From positions 1 to 38,815 of IMG/VR virus record IMGVR_UViG_3300043447_000765: DNA of 38,815 bases; one strand, given 5' to 3'. The DNA is from a virus (taxonomy: Duplodnaviria; Caudoviricetes). The notes below the pieces were generated by a model, which was not told where the DNA came from, made no database searches, and saw nothing but the letters and a program-made list of their open reading frames with translations. This document shows, one piece after another, positions 32,629 through 38,815 of the stretch. Position numbers and translations under genes: made by a program. Numbering within the stretch: position 1 is the stretch's first letter; the number at the start of each line of letters is the position of its first letter.

Positions 32629-33454
32629 AGCTGAACCCCCTGAATGGTTTTTTCTCTGCACGTTCAATAAATATAGCACGCTCTGCTGGAGGAGTCAAGC
32701 ACCAATTTCTTTTTTCACAAACCGTTCCGATGCTGCAGGTGCAACTAAAGTTACCACTCTTTAGGTCCTCTAGCAACCGGACGCAATCCTTTCTGGTGTT
32801 AGTTAGCCATTCCTCGATTTCGTGTGGTTGAGGAGTATATGTGATGTCTAGAAATAGGGGAGGACGCTCGCCGAAGCCGCCGGTTTTGCGTTTAGGGACG
32901 TAAGTGGGGTCCATTAGCTTGTGATCGGTGGACACACCGCGAAAGAGGCAGCTCGTGACTTCTTTACGACCGATGGATTGGGCAGCGAGAATGTATCCGA
33001 TAGCTTGGGCTGAAGGGCCAATAGTTGGGGCCCAGTCGTAGAAGAGATGGCGGGAGGTTGTTTTGATGTCTATTAGATGGTCGCCCGATTTTGGCAAGAG
33101 ATCAATGTGGCCGATGTAGTCGATTTCCTCCGATAAGGGGAAGGCGATTTCCAGTTCGGTGTCGGCCTCAATAGTTGGATAGGCTGCCTGATATAGGGGC
33201 CAGAGGGCGAACAAATGGGCCCGACCGCGCGGACCTTCGACTGGCATGGCTGGGAATTCGGTGCAGATGGTGGCGATGATTTCTGCTTCTACGACTCCTT
33301 CGGTGCGGAGCTGCTCCATTCGATGGAGGGCTTGGCCAAAGACGAGATATTCGCTTACCGATTCTTGGCGACAGGCGGCAGCGTAGTCGTAGAAGAATTT
33401 GCGCGGGTTGGTGCGATAGGCGGAGAGGGCTGTGTGAGAGATGCGTAGTTTCAT
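32618..33454 (-). CDS. PD-(D/E)xK (Cas4/RecB-like) exonuclease
   Basis: ISHTAL..Y..NPRKFFYDY, FG.A.H, GHIDL...IDIKT, Q..GY, C-terminal Cys cluster. Confidence 0.85.
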   Translation of the reverse strand: MKLRISHTALSAYRTNPRKFFYDYAAACRQESVSEYLVFGQALHRMEQLRTEGVVEAEIIATICTEFPAMPVEGPRGRAHLFALWPLYQAAYPTIEADTELEIAFPLSEEIDYIGHIDLLPKSGDHLIDIKTTSRHLFYDWAPTIGPSAQAIGYILAAQSIGRKEVTSCLFRGVSTDHKLMDPTYVPKRKTGGFGERPPLFLDITYTPQPHEIEEWLTNTRKDCVRLLEDLKSGNFSCTCSIGTVCEKRNWCLTPPAERAIFIERAEKKPFRGFSFEE

Positions 33455-33654
33455 AAGAGGTCCTCCACTTTGGTGATTAGTTGGTCCACTGATAGGCCTA
33501 ATTCTTCGGCGAGTTGTTCGGCGACACTTTTTTCTTTCTTCTTTGCTGAGCGCTTTTGTAACCGATTGGTATAGGTGATAGGTCGTAGCGATCGGCGCTC
33601 GGCTATGAAGGCTGCAAGTTCGGTTGGTGATAGTTGGAGAATACGTTTGTTCAT
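33451..33654 (-). CDS. Hypothetical protein with a possible C-terminal HTH-like segment
   Basis: Coupled ORF; ends VAEQLAEELGLSVDQLI. Confidence 0.6.
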   Translation of the reverse strand: MNKRILQLSPTELAAFIAERRSLRPITYTNRLQKRSAKKKEKSVAEQLAEELGLSVDQLITKVEDLL

Positions 33655-34247
33655 AATATAAAGTTCACCCCTTTTACAAGTTCCGCAAAGTGTTCACGAT
33701 CTCTGGACGATAGAAAGGCTTTTACTAAGGATCTAAAAAGAAGGCGTCCGCCATTGCCATCTGTAATAAGCGCTGTCTTTTGTCCGGGCCATTTAACCCC
33801 CAGATAGAGGGGGAAGTCATATTTTAGAATAATTTTTATGTTTGAGTGTATTTCAAAAGTGTCCACTGATTGCCACCAACAGTCTTTTTGCTTTTCTTGC
33901 ACGGCGTATACTTTTTTCAAAAAGTTGGGTATTAAAGATGTTTGGCAGTAAGATTTTCCCTTCTGATACTGTTTTACCTCTTCATGCATAAAGTTCATAA
34001 TAGGTATGGTGAACTTTATGTCCAGCAGAATGGTCCCTCTTTTATTGACTATCAAAATAGCTTCTTCAGGAAGTTTCTCTAAGAGTGTAGCTAAAGCGAC
34101 GAAATCACAACCGTGAGGTTTAAGCGCCCACCCCACTACGTCAGCTACGCTTCCGTCACTTAGGGCTAGGGATGTCGGATGAGGGTTGCTATTTGGCGAT
34201 AATAAGTTCACGATCGTCCTTTCCGATGCCTTCGGTGGAGTATTCAT
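33651..34247 (-). CDS. Hypothetical protein (start uncertain)
   Basis: Long ORF filling the operon gap; AT-richer than its neighbours. Confidence 0.6.
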   Translation of the reverse strand: MNTPPKASERTIVNLLSPNSNPHPTSLALSDGSVADVVGWALKPHGCDFVALATLLEKLPEEAILIVNKRGTILLDIKFTIPIMNFMHEEVKQYQKGKSYCQTSLIPNFLKKVYAVQEKQKDCWWQSVDTFEIHSNIKIILKYDFPLYLGVKWPGQKTALITDGNGGRLLFRSLVKAFLSSRDREHFAELVKGVNFIL

Positions 34248-34632
34248 AGAGAAACATTGCGCAACACTGGGCGTGAGCTAAGTGAGGAAGACCGCTTTCG
34301 CTATCTACTGCTTCACCTAATATGACAGGATAGTACCACATATGACGGCGGAAGGCGCCGAATAAGCGGGACCACTCCATGCCTTCCCGATAGTTTAGGA
34401 GCCCGTATTTTTGTGCGCCGAATTTGCGGACGGCAATCACGTCCCGAAGCTCGGCGTCAGTTTGAGGGAGAAGCATCTTAAATACGGAAGCGTCGTTTCG
34501 GAACCAAAATTCGTCCATAATATGCATAGGTAGGCGGGCAGAAACGTCACGGTCGTCGCAATGGCGGAATGTGTAAAACTTTCCGAGATACTGTAATTGT
34601 AACTTCGCTCCATCGTTTTTAGTTGCGCTCAT
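34189..34632 (-). CDS. DUF5664 (dATP/dGTP diphosphohydrolase-like) protein
   Basis: K.D..K, FGAQKY...N...G..WSR...A..RH, DSESGLPHLAHA.C..MFL. Confidence 0.85.
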   Translation of the reverse strand: MSATKNDGAKLQLQYLGKFYTFRHCDDRDVSARLPMHIMDEFWFRNDASVFKMLLPQTDAELRDVIAVRKFGAQKYGLLNYREGMEWSRLFGAFRRHMWYYPVILGEAVDSESGLPHLAHAQCCAMFLYEYSTEGIGKDDRELIIAK

Positions 34633-34801
34633 TTTTTACCTCCCTTACGATGATTTCGAAAACTTTGCCTTGATCAGCTTCACCGACCCATTCAGTTAAG
34701 ATAGATTCTTGAAGGGGCCCGGATTCTTTAGCGACCGGGACTACATAGTTGAATTCCGTGACGGTTTCCATGATCCACATTAACATTTGGCTAGAATTCA
34801 T
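34619..34801 (-). CDS. Hypothetical protein
   Basis: Coupled 60-aa ORF. Confidence 0.5.
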   Translation of the reverse strand: MNSSQMLMWIMETVTEFNYVVPVAKESGPLQESILTEWVGEADQGKVFEIIVREVKNERN

Positions 34802-35331
34802 TGATCAAATCCTTTCAATGTGTTAAAATAAGCTCTTACGAAGAGCCGAACGAGATAGCGTTCCTTTTTTTGGGCCGGCATGTTTTTATTATATATGAAC
34901 TGGCGCTCAATTTCAAGTGCTTCGTCATCTATTTTCTTTACTATTGACAAGAATGCAGGGAACCCCCAGGTTATGCCGGGGAGGGCCGCTTTCCAGATTG
35001 CGTCGAGAAAGCGCTTCTCGATTTGCTTTATCCCCTTAAGCTGGCGTTTGATAGGAGAGGGGATGTCAGAGATGTAGGCTTCGGAAGCATCGTGAAGAAG
35101 ACATGCCAATTGGATATACAGGGGGAGCTTTCTTCTTTTAGCGATTGATAGGCACAGAAGACTATGCTCGAGAACGCTATAGGGATGCACTGTGTGGCCC
35201 GTAAAGCGATTAATTCTGGCCAAGGCAACCGCAATGTCGTTGAAATCGATTTGCGACGGCTTGGGGCGAAACGGGTCCACCAACTTTCCGGAGCGCGATA
35301 ATAGAATTCCTCTACCTACCTTTTTTTTCAT
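34798..35331 (-). CDS. HD-domain 5'-deoxynucleotidase (YfbR/YfdR-like)
   Basis: DIA.ALA.INRF.GH...YSV.EHS, LLHDASEAYISDIPSPIK, K.IDD.AL..E. Confidence 0.9.
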   Translation of the reverse strand: MKKKVGRGILLSRSGKLVDPFRPKPSQIDFNDIAVALARINRFTGHTVHPYSVLEHSLLCLSIAKRRKLPLYIQLACLLHDASEAYISDIPSPIKRQLKGIKQIEKRFLDAIWKAALPGITWGFPAFLSIVKKIDDEALEIERQFIYNKNMPAQKKERYLVRLFVRAYFNTLKGFDQ

Positions 35332-35674
35332 AACTTTCCCTATATTGTGGGTTTTCGGCCATTAGCAGTTCGTGTGCTTTCATTACTTGCTGTTCGGTGT
35401 CGTAATAATCTAACAAGCTCTTGGTGTATTCGTCAAATTTGAAGTATAAGGGCCACTTGTCGCCGTAGAGATGCTTGGCCATTTCGTACTTGGGTATTAC
35501 CTGGTCAATGACTATGCGGCGATGTTCGTCCTTCATATTCTTCCAAGGCGCCTGCTCTATATACATGAATGCTAGGCGCTTCAGTCCTGCTTGAATGGTT
35601 TCATCATCTAGTAGGTATTTGCTAAGCCTCTCTAGATCATTTTTAGAGATCGATATGTTTAGTTTTGTTGCCAT
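35312..35674 (-). CDS. Putative ribbon-helix-helix transcription regulator
   Basis: N-terminal alternating KLNISIS strand followed by two helices; first gene after a promoter. Confidence 0.5.
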   Translation of the reverse strand: MATKLNISISKNDLERLSKYLLDDETIQAGLKRLAFMYIEQAPWKNMKDEHRRIVIDQVIPKYEMAKHLYGDKWPLYFKFDEYTKSLLDYYDTEQQVMKAHELLMAENPQYRESYEKKGR

Positions 35675-35680
35675 AGATCC

Positions 35681-35710
35681 ATCATAATACAGGGGGTGGG
35701 GTTATGTCAA
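35681..35710 (-). promoter_or_regulatory. Sigma70 promoter, probably giving a leaderless mRNA
   Basis: TTGACA (35710-705), 18 bp, TATGAT (35686-681), 6 nt, ATG. Confidence 0.65.
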
Positions 35711-35882
35711 GCACTTTTTAGGAGGGGGTTAACTAACCCCCCTACCCCTGGTGGGAATCGGTAAGTAAGGTAGTTATATTTTAAAAGCTTAATTTAAGTA
35801 TATATATATAATAATATTAAATACTTATATTTTCTTACTACTACTACCTAATGGACTTTCCTACCAGGCCCCCCGGGGGTGT
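35711..35882. other. Candidate replication origin: AT-rich core within nested inverted repeats
   Basis: Near-pure A/T 35775-35835 including a TA run; IR pairs 35747-57/35858-68, 35768-74/35843-49, 35795-801/35821-27; palindrome 35724-41. Confidence 0.5.
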
Positions 35883-36104
35883 TTAACCCCTAAGTCGCTT
35901 TTTTAGGGCTTCTAGCTCGGCTGTCGATAGGGAGTCGAGCTTCTTTTTTAGGCCCTTTTTTGCCTGACATAACCCCCTCTTTAGCCACTGCCGATAGCCG
36001 ACCATTAGCCAGCTATCGAGCAGTTTTGGACGGTCGGCGAACTGTTGTCTTACTTCGTTTGCGCTTAAGAGCTCGGACGCTGCCTTGGTTGAGTCTTTGG
36101 ACAT
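35883..36104 (-). CDS. Small basic hypothetical protein
   Basis: ORF ends at the intergenic region; overlaps the upstream ORF. Confidence 0.5.
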   Translation of the reverse strand: MSKDSTKAASELLSANEVRQQFADRPKLLDSWLMVGYRQWLKRGLCQAKKGLKKKLDSLSTAELEALKKRLRG

Positions 36105-36336
36105 ACTTTATCGCCCCTGATACGATTGTTATTAGCTCCCAGTTTCTGCCAATAGATTCCTGGTCTTCGGTTAGTGGAAGCCATTGAATTAGCACGAGTT
36201 TTTGGTCGTCCTGCTTAAGTACTCTTCCGTAGGCTTCACATAGAAGGGCATCCTCGCTGCCCTGGACGTGATCTTCAAACACAACCTTAACCAGTGGGTG
36301 TCTTAATAGTTTAGAAAGTGTCATAGTCATACCCAC
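36013..36336 (-). CDS. Hypothetical phage protein
   Basis: PLVKVVFEDH...C..YG pattern. Confidence 0.6.
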   Translation of the reverse strand: MGMTMTLSKLLRHPLVKVVFEDHVQGSEDALLCEAYGRVLKQDDQKLVLIQWLPLTEDQESIGRNWELITIVSGAIKYVQRLNQGSVRALKRKRSKTTVRRPSKTAR

Positions 36337-36499
36337 AAAGCTTATCGGTTAAAGCTTCAGCATACGCATAAGCCAACGATTCCAAGTCAGTACTAATGGT
36401 TCCAAGCGTTGCAGCGAGCCATTCCCGTTCGATTAGTTGGAGCGATCTTACGGTTTTCATAGCAACTTCTAGGCAGTAGCTGTTGGGTTTAATGTTCAT
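36311..36499 (-). CDS. Hypothetical protein
   Basis: GGAG RBS; coupled. Confidence 0.55.
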   Translation of the reverse strand: MNIKPNSYCLEVAMKTVRSLQLIEREWLAATLGTISTDLESLAYAYAEALTDKLCGYDYDTF

Positions 36500-36680
36500 T
36501 CTTATCTCCTTTCACGACCACACGGCCATATATGTTGTACGTTAGGGCGAAAGTGTCAATTACTACCCAGCGGTCCCCATTACTATCTATAAACGACCCG
36601 TCCGCTAGGAACCTGTAGTCGGGGTGGGTAAACCTCCTCGGTAGCATGATTGTTACAGCTTTATCAATGAACTGTTCCAT
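36489..36680 (-). CDS. Hypothetical protein
   Basis: Likely start ATG 36680 after AGGAG. Confidence 0.55.
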   Translation of the reverse strand: MEQFIDKAVTIMLPRRFTHPDYRFLADGSFIDSNGDRWVVIDTFALTYNIYGRVVVKGDKNEH

Positions 36681-37035
36681 TGCCGTCTCCTTCCTTATCG
36701 GGAACACTTTTAACTTCCTTCAACCGAAACTCAGCCCCCAACGCTTCAGCAGCGGTTTGAGACATTGAAGTAATGAACTCTAGGGCCATAGCCTTTTGCT
36801 TATCTTTCCCCCATTCGGCGCTGAGGTCAGATAAAATCCTTCCAGCTACCTGGATAGCCAGTAGGGCCGTTAAGTGGGCCATTCCGTAAGGAATCTTGTC
36901 GTCGGCGTCCATCGCTTTCTTATACCCACTCAATATGAGGTTCATAGCACTTTCGGCATGCTCTTTATCGCGAAACCCGTACTTAACTGCCTGCTCCTCG
37001 GTAAATAGGTTTTCGAACCATTTATCGATACTCAT
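36664..37035 (-). CDS. Hypothetical helical protein
   Basis: GGAGG RBS; ATGA overlap. Confidence 0.7.
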   Translation of the reverse strand: MSIDKWFENLFTEEQAVKYGFRDKEHAESAMNLILSGYKKAMDADDKIPYGMAHLTALLAIQVAGRILSDLSAEWGKDKQKAMALEFITSMSQTAAEALGAEFRLKEVKSVPDKEGDGNGTVH

Positions 37036-37355
37036 TTTACCTCCTGCTTATACTTAACGTTTTTCTCTACTGCCGTAACAATGACGAAGTCGCTCTTCTC
37101 AATAGTCAGCTCCTGACTAGGGGCAAAACTGCCTCTCAACTTCTGGCCGGTTATGTCGTTAAGGGTCACGAAACGCGCAGTCTCGCTCACAACGTTGCCA
37201 CTAAACAAACGATCTCCGCTCAGACTATAGACGATCACCAGTTGCTCCGGAGCGTAAGAGGAGGCAATCTCGTCAGGACTAACTATTAGCATGACGGACG
37301 TAATACTCGATAATATGACTATGACTAGAAACGCTAGGATAGTTATATAGTGCAT
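37032..37355 (-). CDS. Membrane-anchored protein (N-terminal TM, small beta domain)
   Basis: Likely start ATG 37355 after GGAGG; ITILAFLVIVILSSITSVMLIV. Confidence 0.65.
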   Translation of the reverse strand: MHYITILAFLVIVILSSITSVMLIVSPDEIASSYAPEQLVIVYSLSGDRLFSGNVVSETARFVTLNDITGQKLRGSFAPSQELTIEKSDFVIVTAVEKNVKYKQEVK

Positions 37356-37564
37356 GATAATATCCTCCCACAGTCTCCGCATCGTTTGAAGGATTCTCCG
37401 CATTTGCGGACATTGAATCCATAGTATCTTCCACATTCGCAGTGCGATATGGCTAGGTTGTCTTTCGTTGCGAAGAACGCCTCAAGTCCGGTTACTTTGC
37501 TTGGCTTCGCCAACACGCTTTCGATCATTATAGCGATGTTTTGTGATGCTTTTCCGATGATCAT
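37343..37564 (-). CDS. Zinc-finger protein
   Basis: CECG, KCG, CGDCG; GGAGG RBS. Confidence 0.6.
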   Translation of the reverse strand: MIIGKASQNIAIMIESVLAKPSKVTGLEAFFATKDNLAISHCECGRYYGFNVRKCGESFKRCGDCGRILSCTI

Positions 37565-37746
37565 GATTGTTTCCTCCATTGTTTAATGTACTTGTCATGT
37601 TTCCACACCCAGTTGGTTTCGGCCGCCTCGATAATGCCGTCGGCAGCGATAATTTCTAGCAGACGGACTCTCTCGACGTCAACCATTTTATTGAAATCGC
37701 TATTAAGTATTTTGATTAATTCGTCTTGTGGGGGTTTGTTGCTCAT
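37561..37746 (-). CDS. Hypothetical protein
   Basis: Likely start ATG 37746, just after the upstream stop. Confidence 0.55.
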   Translation of the reverse strand: MSNKPPQDELIKILNSDFNKMVDVERVRLLEIIAADGIIEAAETNWVWKHDKYIKQWRKQS

Positions 37747-37748
37747 AA

Positions 37749-38027
37749 TTATTCCATTTCGTCGTGGGCGATGCCCCACAGAATGTTGTTTTGGCTGTCG
37801 GTATCTAAGCTATCGAACTTGTCGCTAATAAATTCTTCCACATCGACGTTACAAATTGAGTTGATCAGCTGCTCGGCTTCTTCCCGAATGCGCTCGGCCA
37901 TTAGCTTTTTGGTTTCGTCGTAAGCGGTAATGGTTAGGCGCTCGTTGACCTGTTCGGCGGTTAGGTCGCGAAGGGTTTCGATCGCTTGGCTGATTTTGTC
38001 TAATCTATCCATTTTCATCTCCTTCAT
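37749..38027 (-). CDS. Acidic hypothetical protein
   Basis: Helical, D/E-rich ORF. Confidence 0.65.
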   Translation of the reverse strand: MKEMKMDRLDKISQAIETLRDLTAEQVNERLTITAYDETKKLMAERIREEAEQLINSICNVDVEEFISDKFDSLDTDSQNNILWGIAHDEME

Positions 38028-38170
38028 TATTTAGGGCAGATTCGGCGACTGACGCCCTGTTTGCGGGCGATTTCGTTTAGTAATTCGATAGTTAGCACTT
38101 TCTTCCCAGCCTTCGGCTGGTCGTGTTTGGGGGTTTCGATTTTCTTTAGGGTTTTGATGTTGTCGCTCAT
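38027..38170 (-). CDS. 47-aa basic protein, first gene of the early block (absent from the ORF track)
   Basis: MSDNIKTLKKIETPKHDQPKAGKKVLTIELLNEIARKQGVSRRICPK; TAATG coupling to the next gene. Confidence 0.5.
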   Translation of the reverse strand: MSDNIKTLKKIETPKHDQPKAGKKVLTIELLNEIARKQGVSRRICPK

Positions 38171-38252
38171 AAAAGTATATATTTGCACGATTTAGGCCAA
38201 AACTGATGTTAATGATTTCAATACCTTAAGGTGACCCTTGATTGTCGCGGTG

Positions 38253-38356
38253 TAAACTGAAGTTGCAAACCGACCGGTTGGTCGGGAATTAAGTGATTGA
38301 AAATGCAGGAGAAAATTTGTGGTGGAACTTTAGTTGCGACGGGAAACGGAAGTTGC
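38253..38356 (+). promoter_or_regulatory. Three AAC-N4-GTTGC boxes upstream of the scaffold/capsid operon
   Basis: TAAAC-TGAA-GTTGC (38253-66), GGAAC-TTTA-GTTGC (38324-37), GAAAC-GGAA-GTTGC (38343-56). Confidence 0.5.
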
Positions 38357-38434
38357 GAGAGGTTTGGCTTAACAAGAATCGGCTGAACAATCATTTGACT
38401 GTCTACAATTGTGATGGTCGGAAAGAATGCAATC

Positions 38435-38815
38435 ATGGAAAATAATGAAATAAAACCAGATGTTACCCCAGAGTCTGTTGACACAGCGCAAGACGTGCCA
38501 CAAACCGAAGCAAAAGACGTGCCATCGGTCAAAGAACTGATCCGCGAGCGCATAACAATCGACGGCGAAGAGCACGAGGTCGACCTAGACGAACTAAAAA
38601 AGGGCTACCAGCTGGCCAAAGCTAGCCACAAGCGGCTCCAGGAAGCGGCTTCGCTTCGCAAACAAGCCGAGCAAGTCATCCATTTGTTAAAGACCAATCC
38701 CCGTGAAGCGTTGCGTCATCCGGCCATCTCGGTCGACCAGCGGGCCCTCGCAGAAGAAATCCTGGCCGAGTCGCTAGAGGAAGAAATGCTCTCTCCTACC
38801 GAAAAGGAAGTCCGG
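38435..38815 (+). CDS. Capsid scaffolding protein, N-terminal part; continues across the join to 625 (about 292 aa in total)
   Basis: ATG at 38435 reads MENNEIKPDVTPESVD...ITIDGEEHEVDLDELKKGYQLAKAS and is in frame with the 23..625 ORF; acidic N-terminus and IDGEE.EV.LDEL..GYQ motif typical of podovirus scaffolds. Confidence 0.8.
   Translation, partial: MENNEIKPDVTPESVDTAQDVPQTEAKDVPSVKELIRERITIDGEEHEVDLDELKKGYQLAKASHKRLQEAASLRKQAEQVIHLLKTNPREALRHPAISVDQRALAEEILAESLEEEMLSPTEKEVR
38689..38815. repeat. Terminal direct repeat copy of 1-127
   Basis: Exact match to window start. Confidence 0.97.

Noticed and set aside
32618-33454. Cas4-like nuclease as part of a CRISPR system
   Set aside because: No repeat-spacer array or other cas genes seen; the nuclease-Sak4-SSB context is a standard phage recombination module
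34189-35331. Z-genome (2-aminoadenine) pathway
   Set aside because: No PurZ/adenylosuccinate synthetase-like ORF is present
38218-38575. Minus-strand ORFs 38218..38553 and 38369..38575
   Set aside because: Antisense to the true scaffold start and the regulatory region; no supporting features
38689-38815. 127-bp terminal repeat as a biological direct terminal repeat
   Set aside because: It lies mid-gene in the scaffold ORF and matches a typical assembler k-mer length; it shows circularity, not real termini
1-38815. Stop-codon reassignment or restriction-site avoidance
   Set aside because: Genes are full length in the standard code with dense packing; GATC, CTAG, GGCC, GAATTC and GGATCC all occur (judged by eye, not counted)

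Overview
This window is a complete, circularly permuted genome of a tailed dsDNA phage (Caudoviricetes, podovirus-like). The unit length is 38,688 bp: the first 127 nt are repeated exactly at 38689-38815, an assembly overlap. Virion genes are split into two convergent operons. The + strand operon (38435 across the join to 12054) carries scaffold, major capsid, a His-repeat tail fibre, adaptor, nozzle, ejection proteins and a lysis cassette. The - strand operon (21561 to 12051) carries terminase, portal, three modular fibre/appendage proteins and a permuted NlpC/P60 enzyme. A long - strand early/replication block (38170 to 22021) encodes a family A DNA polymerase, a DUF3987-type helicase, a Sak4-like ATPase, a DUF669 SSB, a PD-(D/E)xK nuclease, a DEDDh exonuclease, HD, DUF5664 and metallophosphoesterase nucleotide hydrolases, and a ClpP-like protease with a signal peptide. 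No integrase, RNA polymerase, primase, tRNA or CRISPR array was recognised. The lysis genes and a lipoprotein suggest a diderm host. The most interesting signals are: (i) a candidate inverse-topology one-component spanin; (ii) an exported ClpP; (iii) a PolA with Asn at the F762-equivalent position and Asp at the steric gate; (iv) a shared AAC-N4-GTT box ahead of both late operons, next to a lone + strand gene; (v) a possible pseudoknot in the SSB leader; (vi) a set of fibre genes that share modules. All functional calls come from reading motifs by eye; no searches were run.
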